The position numbers were made by a program, and so were the translations under genes. From assembly GCA_023515725.1 (NCBI GenBank), contig JALDTO010000266.1:568708-632707 (forward strand): 64,000 nucleotides of DNA, read 5' to 3'. The DNA comes from Amoeboaphelidium protococcarum X5 (taxonomy: Eukaryota > Fungi > Aphelidiomycota). This document shows, in pieces, positions 53,379 to 64,000 of the stretch; the first letter of the stretch is position 1; each line of letters opens with the position of its first letter. The notes under the pieces are model-generated. The model was not told where the DNA came from and made no database searches. It saw only the letters and a program-made list of their open reading frames with translations.

Positions 53379-55598
53379 ATGACGCAGCCTAGTTAGTAAA
53401 AGTAATAGCAAGATGCGCCAGATTTCATTAAGGATGGTCGAAATAGGAATTGGTGGAGATGCAGAATGTATGAACTGCGTCCGACTGACAGTGCTCCTCC
53501 GTTAGATGCTGAGTAGAATGAAGCCGTTCATTGGGTTCAAGTTGTCACTGGATACTGTGCTGTTATTTAGGAATCTGAGCAGGAGTACTACATTGTTTTG
53601 AAAGATGAGAAGAAATTACTTAAAGAAAGTGGCAATATGAATAATAATAATGGCACAGAGTACCAGTAGGAACAAGATGAGAACATTGACAGTGAACAGA
53701 TGGCGCGTGCTCGGAGTTTCTCTTCGGCTTTGTCTCAGCAGACGAACGCGAGCGATGGCGATCAACAGTCGTACGAACTGAAACATAAAATCACTCAAGA
53801 CGTTTATGAGAAGCAGTAGAATAGCCTCATAGTTTTCGAGTATGGAGATAAAGAAGTCGCGCTGTCTTTCTAGAATTCTCAGGGGTGTGAGAGTATATTG
53901 GATTAGATATATGATGTGTGTTTGCATGTAGACGCCCTCCATGGTCAGTTGCGACAATCTCCTGTTCAATACAGTCTTAATAATGGTGATCATGGAAATT
54001 CGCATATAATCAAGTAGGATTTTATTCAGCTACTAAATATGTAATTGTCTTATAATGAACTTCCTGTGCTCGAAAATGCAGTTGGTGTCGTGAATCGATA
54101 GAATTCCCAATTACTTTGTTAGAACGTTGACAAAATTTTAAAAATTGTCACGTAGTTGTTCACTCTGGTTGAAGATTTGAAAATGAAGGATTTGATAGAG
54201 AACTGCTTTTCTATTATGAAGACTATTGTTAATCTGAATGATGTTGAAGTTACCGCTGCTATTTGTAAGAGTCAAGATCGATTTATCAAAGTACTTGGCA
54301 TTTTCGAATATGATCCCGAATATCCAATGTCAGAGCACTCTCTCAGGCGACCGCTTATAAACAGTATGAATGCATTTGTTAATATCCTCTAGTTGGACAC
54401 TTAGTCTCAGCTATTGCAAAAGATTCATTAGACGTTTCGTGCTCAATATCTTCGGGATGCAGTTCTCAGTCGTTTGTTGGATGAAGGATGCTTTGGCTCT
54501 GTGAACTCGTTTATTATGTTGAATCAGAGTGAGATTCTGAATGAACTTCTGGCAGATAATCATCAATAAGCTTTAATTTCAATCTGCAGAAGATTCAAGT
54601 AGCTGTCTATGAAAAGTGGCAGTGATAGTGGACAGATTTTGGCGATGATTCGATTTATACATGAACTCTTTGCAACAGTTGGAGAAATTACACTGATTAA
54701 TAAAGAGGACTTTTTTAGACTTATGGCCAGTCAGGGAATAGTTTAGGAGCTTTGCAAGTATTTGCGAAACCCTTTATTCTCAACACTGGTTCTGGACATT
54801 ATTCAGGTGCTTTAGGAGTCTGACATTAAACTCCTCAGGCAATTTGTTATTGCGCAGTAAAAGTATAAAGTCACCAATCTACTTGAAGATCTAACATTTC
54901 TCCTTAATCAGCGTGTCATATTATCGGATGGTGTATTGAATGATGAAGAACTGTAAACTTCGGTAGCTGTAGATGGAGCCAGATTGTAAAGTTTTGAAGT
55001 CGTATATGCCCTGCTTAATGTGTCAGCGGGTGATTAGAATATGGAATCTGAGTAATTTTTGGAACTATTCTACTTGTAGTACTTTGAGAAACTAATTGCA
55101 TCTTTGAAAGTTTATATCAACTCTCAGGGCACGGACAAGTTGCGATTAAGAGTTTAAATGAGAAAGTTGAGACTCAAAGATTACCAGATACTCTCCCATC
55201 TGATCTAAATAATCACTGTAATGGTACAGAAACACGCGGTCAAGTCTCGGACAGAACTATTTTAGCATAGCGTCATCATAGCCATCTCTAATCTTCTCTA
55301 CTCATCGCATTCAGTCGTCAAGTTGGACGCGATTAAATTCATTAAAGCTGTAATTCTGCTCAAAGACTCGTTCTATAACAGACATTTGATCATCAATGAA
55401 GTTCTGGACAAGGTAATGGCTAATTACATTGATAACAAGTATCGGTACAATATGTTGTACTCAGCCTGCCTAGACCTCTTCAATTACATATTCGCCAATC
55501 GATTGATGGTATTCGTCACACCTCTGTTGGCTAGGTACAAATAAGAGTTTATAGATTTATAGTATTTGATTCCTTCCATAGGTGAACTGACAATGTGA
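53379..55598 (+). CDS. PSY2: PP4 regulatory subunit 3 (Psy2/SMEK/PPP4R3)
   Basis: EVH1-like RCRMYEL..W...VTGYC, YEKQ[Q]NSLIV..VALSF[Q]NSQGC; SMK-1 domain VLGIFEYDPEYP, KIH[Q]TFRAQYLRDAVL, RYNMLYSACLDLF. Confidence 0.88.
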
Positions 55599-55731
55599 AT
55601 GAAATAGCGTATGTTATAATGATGATGTAAAAGAGTTCAAATAAAACTAACTTGTTCTTACAACTTTTTAATAACTCACTGAATAACTCACTGCTGGCAC
55701 GATAGTAATCCCAACCACCATCATGTATAAC

Positions 55732-57999
55732 TCACTCATCGTCCTCGGGAGGAATGTCGTCTTCATCTTCAGGCTCAGTCTAATCTTCAGCGCGGCGATG
55801 AATGAGCGGCTTGATTAGACGCTCAAAGTACGGTGGTGGATGCACAGGCGGATTTCTTGATACAACCTTGTTGAAGTAGTGAGTGTAAATATCACCGTCA
55901 TATCTACCCAGCGGACTATTCAACACGAAATCCGGCAGATTAAAAGCATCAACCAGAGGAACGGCATCCTTTCTAATTTGATGACACAGCTCCAACACTT
56001 GGGACTTTACAAAATCCATCTGCTAACTGTTGAAGTAACCATACTGCAGAAAATTGCCAGCATTCTCCTGAATATTGTAAAGTCCATATAGGGCACAAAG
56101 CTTGGTCAATACCGGCTTCAACTCGGCCGGAGCCTTCTGCAAACCATCATAGAACCTGTGGAATAGATATCCGAATGCATGATTCTTAGCCGCATGCAAA
56201 CGACTGATGGCCGTCTCTTCATATGCCGCATCGGTATCCAAGCCACGCTTTAGACACTGCTCAAAATCCTCACCAACCTTCTTAACCAAATTGGCAGATA
56301 CGACATCGTACGCTTCACCAATCACATTCAAATCCAGGATATCAGCCTACTACTTCACTCTACATTTCTTGTTCAGCAAGGAATCGATATTATTCAAATA
56401 CTTGACTCCACCGGGAAGAGTCTTGCCCGCTTTGGCTTCTCTATAACAAGAGACCAAGTATCTTCCGGACTGTAAAGTCAGAATAGTATTATCACCTTCC
56501 CAGGAACACTGTACAGCAAAGTCGTTGTACATATGGGCCAATCCAACATAACTAGAATATCCATGACCACCACACGACTGACGACACTTCTCAATAGTAT
56601 CAAGACAATTCCAAGTACAGAACGCTTTCAATCCAGCACTGGTTGCATGAGTTTCTTTCAAAGCAGCCAGTACAACATCCACATCCTTATCACCGGGCTT
56701 CAATCTATTCAACTTTTCCATCAAATCGTCATACAATCTCATAGTCTCCACACCGGTAAAGTGCATCGCATAGGCCTATGCCAGCAATGGCAGCAATCTA
56801 TGCTGATGAATAGTATAATCTAACAGTTGAGTTTCCACATTAAATTCAGATGGCTAATTCGTTCCACTTTAGTTATCAGGTGGAGAAGTAGAGGAAGATG
56901 ATTAATCAGAATCTGAGGAAGTGGCTGAAGAAAACTATCTACGCACGGCAGCGTATCTAATCGCTATGGTAAGGGCCTTCTTTGACACATTGGCACTATC
57001 AATCACCATAGAGACTCTACCTTGGATAAGAGCACCATAAGCCAATTAGTTCAAAGGCGGCTCCTTGACAATACCCTCTCTGCTGACTTTGGTATACTTC
57101 ATGAGCATATACGTTCTAGGAATGCGGACATTAGTAAACTAGATCCAACCATTATCAATACCATTCCTGCCCATCTTAGACCCATTATCTCCAATACTAA
57201 CACCAGGCTTCAACTTGTAAGTATGAGGATCTCTCAATGGAACAACGAATGGCTTCACACCATAATCTTTACCATTCACAATAAGTCTAGCAAACACTGA
57301 CGCATGAGTTGCAGTATGAGCAGCACCGCCTATCCACCACTTGGTACCGGTCAAAGATGGCGTGTTGATCACAAACTAATCAGATGCAGGATCAAATACG
57401 GCCACAGTCTCAATACCGGCGACATTACTACCATGTCCCAGCTCCGTCATTGCAAAACAGCCCACCATACCATTCAAGCCCATAGCGCCCTTTTCTACCC
57501 AATAAGACAATTAATTCGGTGTGGCCTGTCCTTGAAGAGTACTAAAGAACAGACCAAAATGGACACCGATTCTAGTCCAAAATCCAGGATCAATCAGACT
57601 GACGAGCTCCATACGAAGACGAAATATCTCCAAAGGTTCATTCATCAGATGATGCACAAAGCCCTGGAACTTCTCAATGGTCCGCTCTCTCCACTGCTCT
57701 TTCGTCAGATCATAGACATCATCCAAGCGGAAAGTAGGATCTCTCTCAATCTCCAAGAATATCTTCTCCTTCAGGCAAGTCATGTTCTCATCGCCACCAT
57801 CCATAAATATAGTCAGCTGTCTTGGATCAAAGGAGGCCTTGCTTCTCTCCGCAGCCATAGTCTCCATAGTACTACAATATTACAAGGTACCATCATAATT
57901 ATTATTATTTATCCACTCTCACGTAATCTCAACAAAGTCATACCTAGGCTGCGAACGGATATGCCTTTCAATAGCAGTTAGTCTATTACTCGGTGCCAT
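55732..57999 (-). CDS. POX1: Peroxisomal acyl-CoA oxidase with N-terminal PTS2-like signal
   Basis: [74 protein letters not shown]; intron 57872-57943; N-terminal RLTAIERHI. Confidence 0.95.
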
Positions 58000-58344
58000 T
58001 TTGCGTAATAAGATTTCTTATATTACTTTGCACACACGGTTTGAAGATTGATAATACTGTAATAATGAAAACGTATTTCGGCACAATACAAGAAAGAAAG
58101 AGAAGGAACGAACAGGCAGAGATTGAAAGTGTGAAGAAACGAAACTTTTTCCAAAGCGTGAAATTAGATCGAGAGAACGTCATTGCGAATTCTTTGGGAC
58201 TGAAACGCGATTTTGTAAAAAAGATTAACACGTTGTAGTCATATTGTGCAAGCATTGAATGTGAGTATATATTAACAATAACAATAACAAAAATGGCAAC
58301 GTCTACTTCCAGCAAGAGTTCATGCAACGCAAGCATATCTTAAA

Positions 58345-59592
58345 TCACTCCAAAGAAGGATCAACGAGAAGCATTCCTAGCTAGCCGTCAGGGCTTCTTG
58401 CACCATCGCCATCAAGCGGGAGACATTGGATAGCTTTGGGTAGCCCTTTGTACCTAATGGAATGATCGGATGGTCGACTTTATCTGCGATTATACTAATT
58501 AGATAGTTCTTGATATGTATGAAAATCATAAGCAACTCTGACAGCTGGTACAACGACAATCTTGTTTAATCCAGCGCGTACAAAGTCATCGCATAGTTGA
58601 TTCATTTCAGACTGAGAGCAGGTGGAGTATATGAGATCCGTTTTGAACATGTCTTTAAATTGTTGGAGCAATGGGCCTTGATATAGACTACTGTATTCCC
58701 TTCTGAATTTAATATTGATACCATTTTCCACGAACGCGTCAGCATTTAATACAACCATACCATTCCAGCAGCATTAAACTTGAAATGGATGCTCCTCTCG
58801 AAGTAGATCATCAGCGGCTTGATCGTTTGTAAAAGAGTCCAGCGGAATTTTCTTAAACATTTCACCCTTCATGTTTCGGTCCACCCATGTGTCATAAAAG
58901 CCCAGCTAGTTGATCTCATCATTTATATCAAAGTCAAGTGCGCAGGTTATATCAGACTATTGTAGCCTAGATTGATACAAGAGCTCGAGAGCGTCATTCA
59001 CACAGAAGAACACGTCGTTGAGAAACAGGACTTTATCAAACTACTTGCCTGTGGACTACATTGCGTATAGAGGCTGCATCACCTGATTCCGGACACCGAC
59101 AAGGTATTCAATTCTGTTCACACCATCAGGACGGTGATCTGAAGATAGTTGGACCGTGTGCTGCACTTTGAGCGAGGTGAGAATCATCTCAAACAGGGCA
59201 AGATACGTCTTTGTTTGATCATGCGAACCGCTTTCAAATACGGACACGTAAACGCGTTGGCTACCGAGGTGACTAACTAGAGAATGCAGTTGTATTATCA
59301 TGTCAATGGCAATTTCTTGATTGTCGCGTAAATTTATAGCAATGTATACTTTCTCGCTACTAACTGCCAGAGCTTTGTATCTTTTACCTCGAGCCCAAGA
59401 GCTCTTGCGGTCACATAATTGATTTTTCGCTGATAGATTAAAAGATTATAGTACACCATCAATGTTGATAGCCTGGTGTTTAGTTTACATCGTCTGCAGT
59501 TGAACAACAGTAAACAGAAACAAAATACACGCAGTGAGTAGCAAGAGAAACATGTAAGAGTTGGCCATTAGATATCTTCGCCACTGTAACAT
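58345..59592 (-). CDS. CAP59/CMT1-like alpha-1,3-mannosyltransferase (GT69), type II membrane protein
   Basis: N-terminal TM; VYVSVFESGSHD.TK, RIEYL..VRN.VM.PL, FDKVLFLNDVFFC, FYDTWV.R, CCWNGMVVL, CSQSE...LCDDF. Confidence 0.88.
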
Positions 59593-59926
59593 GATAGTGT
59601 AGTTTAATCACTGATTAGCTATTGGACCCAATGACACTTGGTTAAAATTTAGATGTAACTGTTGAGGTAGAGCGATAAATGGTTCACCAAGTAAGATTTG
59701 ATCATAATGATCTGTTAGAAGTCTATTCATCAACTGATAAAGCCATCCCTCCTGTCTGATTCAAATCCAACAGTTAAACTCCTCATGGAAAAAATAAGTG
59801 GTGAAAATAGGATTTAAAGCCATTGAAATAGCATAACTCACGTATACCCATATCTAAAGGGCGCGAAATAGTAAGCTTGTGAAACAATTCAAAATGCTCA
59901 AAGAGTTTATAAAGTGATTTATTCAC

Positions 59927-60565
59927 TCATTTCAATTTTCGAATGTTAGATATAAGATTCCATAGAATGAAAGGTCTAACAATTTTACGCTTTCTAGCTT
60001 TCGACTTCTCAGATGGCAGGATCATGGCAGGCTTAGATGGGATCATAGACACCAAATGTGCTTGTCTCAAATGTCTTTGTTTCAGCGCGACATTTTCATT
60101 GGGAGACACCAAACATTCATTAGTAGGCATGCGTATTGATGTGATGAGACTAGCACTATCTTCATCATTATCACTTAATGACCTTTGAGAATTTCTGACG
60201 TGATTTACAACTTGCTCTTTACTAATATACGGAGCAGGTGTATAATGATAGCACGGATTCCCAGAAAATAAATGCTGATTATGCTTTTAGCAATAGTAGC
60301 ACGAAATTAAACTCACCAGTGGCCTATATTCTATAAGACTATTCTGATTATCAGCAAAATCTATATACTGATTCAATGACGCGACTCGAAGCTATTGAGG
60401 CATTGATACAATGGCCCGCTGGTTTTTGGTATAAATTCCAGAAAAATGCCGCGGATCAAAGTCATTAGGCAGCAGCAATTCCCCTTAGAGGATACCAATT
60501 GAGTATGGTGGCAATGAATTGCCAGTCGACGTGGTAGAATCTGAAACAACTGACTCTCTGTCCAT
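59927..60565 (-). CDS. Orphan tandem family member 1 (212 aa; CxxC..CxH motif)
   Basis: Open frame ATG 60565 to TGA 59927; LPPYS..GE..LP..FDPR, RPLVSLISCYYC[Q]KHN..PCYH and LVSMIP shared with copies 2 and 3. Confidence 0.75.
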
Positions 60566-61087
60566 TTTATTTTAGTGTTTTGTTACTATACGGGAGGTAG
60601 AATAAAAATGAAAGATTGTTGACTTCATTTGCGTGAACATCTGATTAGACCGTGTAAAGGGGCCCGCGGATTTTGATTGGTCCCAACTGGATGAAACTGA
60701 CATTCCATGATTTAACTTGATGAAAAAGATCTTGTGGTGCGGTGAAAATCAAAATTCTTGGATCATACTTCTAAGTGTCTAGTTTTGGAAGGAAACGGTT
60801 ATTTAAATGCTTTAAAGACCCCACCCACACATTTACGTTTTAGTACCAATGTAATTTCACACCAAAGGACGCCACCTGAAACTGAGCGCACTTGGATAGA
60901 CTAGGCCTTTAAAGTCACTAGTACAAAAAGAATAAAAACTGTAATCTTTACTCATATTCTTCACGTTCTAATCCTTGATGATCCAGAAGAGAGATGGGCG
61001 TTTCACACTGTAATGTCCAGTGCAGTATACCCGCAGTGACACGAGTCGATCGCGACACGATTGTCGGCATCAAAATTATGTTCATTA

Positions 61088-61954
61088 TCAATGCTGTTCA
61101 TTATCGAATAAGTTTTATATCACACCAAGAAGCGGATATTTATAAAAAAAGGGATTCACCATTATGCGGCGTCTAGGAGATTAAGCCTGAGGAACAAATG
61201 CAGGTTACTGAGGAATCATAGCTATTAAAGGCTCACGCTATTGTGCAAGGTTTAGGTGCCTGTCAGAGGAGCCCGTGGTTTATATTTACTCAGGGATGTT
61301 AGCGATATTGATCCCTGCGCCACTTCGGTGCTTCCTAGTTTAGGTTGATCCGCTCGCTGATCTGACGATCACCACTTTACTTCAGATTTTTAACACCACT
61401 TAGTAGTAATATATTGATCATCTCTTATTAGTCTTTCCAACCACATTTCAAAAAGGGATTTGACCAGAATTTTCATTTGCTCTCATTTACATTAAGGTAT
61501 TGAGATCAATGTAATCTCCATCGTCTTCACCATAATCGCCATCATCAATGTTCTATTAACGTGTCGACTCAGTATCGTGGCGCTTACTTTAATTAAATCT
61601 CCTATTACTGTTCAACACTCTCATTTAATGCTCGCATCTCTTTCCCATAACATAATCCGTATTATACTTTTAGCAGTATAGACAAGAAATCTGATCAATA
61701 AGAGGCGTCTGCTGCGGTCTTGCAAGCTAATGAGGATGACCCAAATTAACGTGCCCATTCATAGGCGCGTCTATTACCTACTGCTGTTGCATTGAAACAA
61801 TTTATCCCTGATTGAGCGTGTGAGTCGCAGCAAAGTAACAAGGCTCACAATCCTGCGGCATAGGATGTTCACCGCTTCTAACAGATTAAGAGTATGTCGG
61901 CAAGGAAGCATCAGCTGGATTGGAAGAATTGAGTGCGCTTTACTAACTATTCAT
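61088..61954 (-). pseudogene. Orphan tandem family member 2, interrupted by a block with three in-frame TGA (truncated, chimeric, or carrying an atypical intron)
   Basis: Clear nucleotide similarity to 62246-62935; TGA at 61448, 61418 and 61382; family C-terminal motif PLIAMIPQ[Q]P resumes in the same frame. Confidence 0.6.
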
Positions 61955-62245
61955 ATTTAGTTATGTCAATTGGTCAGTTAATATTGCAGTTAGAGAAAGA
62001 GCATTGTGTGATCATTTAACTGATTGCATTTGTCGCATCACGAGGGCTCAAACAACGGGGCTTGTCACGAGCCGTGTCATGCATAGTTTTTGAATTCATC
62101 CAAAAATGGGTTAGGATAATGTAAACATAACATTTAACTAATTAACAAGATATTAAGAGATGCCAAATTATATTATAAACGCGATCATGTTTTTTATGAA
62201 ACGAAAATCAAAAAGCTAGTTTCACTCAATTGATGATGTCTGCTA

Positions 62246-62935
62246 TCATGTCAAATAGTGCCGATGGTCTCTCTCCAGTTCCAGCATCCGGGATACACTG
62301 CCGCGGTATCTTGTTCGAGTTTGAACCCGTACAACGACGATAGGCTATTACGGAATCATGGCTACTAAAGGTTGGTTCTACTATCTCGTACCCAAACCAT
62401 TATGGTGAGGAGCCACGGTTTAAAACTAGCGTGGAACGTGACCAATATCTCCACTGTCACGTAAACGCATTATCGTGCTAAGATCAGTCAAGTCTTCATC
62501 ATCATCATCATCTTCACCATCATCAATATTTTATTACCGAGTCGACTAAGTATCGTGGCGCTAACTTAAATTCAATCTTTCATTTCTTGTAATAACTCTC
62601 ATTTAGTGCTCGCATCTCTTTCCAAGAACATAATCTTTGTTATACTTCTAGCAGTAGTAACAAGAAATTTGATCAATCAAAGGCCTCTATTGCGGTCTTG
62701 CAAACTGATGAGGATGGACCAAATTATTAGCGCGGCCATTAAAGGACGCGTCTCTTACCGGCTGATGCTGCATTGAAACAATTGGTCCCTGAGTGGTTGT
62801 TGTAACGGAAGGAAAGTTGCGAGGATCACAATTGTACGGCAGAGGTTACTCACCGCCTCTGATACATTTAGAGTATGGCGGTTGTGAAACATCACTTGAG
62901 GAGGTGGACTCGGATACGTTAGACAAACTATTCAT
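62246..62935 (-). CDS. Orphan tandem family member 3 (229 aa)
   Basis: Open frame ATG 62935 to TGA 62246; QPPYS..GE.PLP..CDPR, RPLIDQISCYYC[Q]KYN..RCEH, acidic tract, PLVAMIP[Q][Q]P. Confidence 0.78.
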
Positions 62936-63352
62936 GATTATAAATTTCCTTTCTCGAGGGTATACAAAAGCAGTGATGAAATTAAAAGACTAAAGTCACT
63001 GCAGATCGACGTTGTGTTGATTTATGAGGGCGTAACAGTAGATTGGCATCTGATTCAAGCCCGTTACTAAATAAGACACACAAAGTGGCCTATCTTAGAC
63101 AATGAAGAGAATTTATTTAGTATCAAAATTATGGAGCTTCGACCTGTCAACTAAAGAGTTTAAATGTAGAAATACTCTTAACTTACGTCCATATCATAGT
63201 CATGTTGTTTAACGATGTGACGATGCACTTTCGGTGATGACTCATATAACTTTGAATTTAGGCCAGACGTATGTAATGTCACTTCGTAACTTGCCAGTTA
63301 TTCTGCTGTAAAATTGCATTTTGTAGAAACATCTTGACTAAATAAATCTAAT

Positions 63353-63892
63353 ATGGCAACTACGGAAGAGCTCCCAAAGTATGAAGACGTTGTCCGAGAG
63401 TCTGCTTATCCTCCGCGATACGAAAATCCTGCTGCAACCGTAAATGTGCCGAGACGAAGACCGGCTTAGTCACAGAGAAGACACCCGACGGTCGATATTA
63501 CGGAACAATATGTGCACTATCACGATCATCATATTCAGACCCTGCGCAATCCAAGTACTTCGCATGCTGCCGTCGTTAACAACCAATAACAGGCTGTAAG
63601 AGTGGATCAAACTTAATCATCAGCTGAGCCACCGCCATCGTCCAGCCGAATCAGGGTGAAACAGTTCAAGGATCTGCCGCAGACTGTGAAACGGAAGGTG
63701 AAAGAAAGTTGGAGGCAGATGAAACAAGGCATTCCTGGTGGAAACGTTGAGCACGCGCCTGAAGAACTGCAATAAGAAATCCGCTCTCGCAGGAGACGTG
63801 AATGTGCCAAGTTCATTGGCTTCGTTATCCTAACTGGCGTAGTGTACGCTGTCATTGTATTATTCTTCACTGCAATCATCATTCTGGTTTGA
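63353..63892 (+). CDS. Tail-anchored membrane protein with N-terminal LPxY/PPxY motifs (179 aa)
   Basis: ELPKYED, YPPRYEN; basic patch RRRRE followed by a terminal hydrophobic helix FIGFVILTGVVYAVIVLFFTAIIILV*. Confidence 0.78.
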
Positions 63893-64000
63893 TTTGATTT
63901 AAATGAAGTGCTTTAAGGTGTCGTGAGTGTGGCGTGTTTTATGGGTGAGTGTTAAATTGTTTGAAGTAAAGTTTATTTTTGCATGTTGTGTGTGTGTGAA

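Noticed and set aside
57304-57981. Long antisense and alternate-frame ORFs in the supplied track (e.g. 57304-57981 +, 15077-15547 -, 49573-50004 +, 21270-21662 -)
   Set aside because: They are shadows of well-supported genes on the other strand or frame and have no recognisable motifs.

Overview
Gene-dense eukaryotic nuclear DNA from a fungus-related opisthokont using a non-standard genetic code: TAA and TAG encode Gln and only TGA is stop (translation table 6). The supplied ORF track is fragmented for this reason. Re-translated by hand, the window holds about 42 mostly housekeeping genes, including DBP3, a HAL-family kinase, DUT1, SPC2, SRP54, ERV1, SERINC, a RasGEF, two GNA1 paralogs, VPS60, VPS26, an F-box/WD40 protein, MZT1, TM9SF, condensin-H, a G-alpha, UBC12, MET2, parvin, MED1, INCENP, TAF12, a syntaxin, PSY2, acyl-CoA oxidase and a CAP59-type GT69. 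A fungal-type proteome plus UAR=Gln points to an aphelid such as Amoeboaphelidium protococcarum (inference). The standout is an intact 4,486-bp IS3EU-type DNA transposon at 40278-44763. It has a perfect 6-bp TSD (TCCGAC), 41-bp TACGG... TIRs, a full DDE transposase, and a convergent 671-aa cargo gene with a complete alpha-kinase domain. It sits 50 bp upstream of the parvin ATG. Other notable points: a nearly invariant TGTAG 3' splice site (23 of 24 introns), a GNA1 paralog ending in a PTS1-like -AKL, a divergent G-alpha, a degenerate mitochondrial-carrier-like protein, and a tandem orphan family with a CxxC...CxH motif. All family calls rest on manual motif recognition; no database searches were run.
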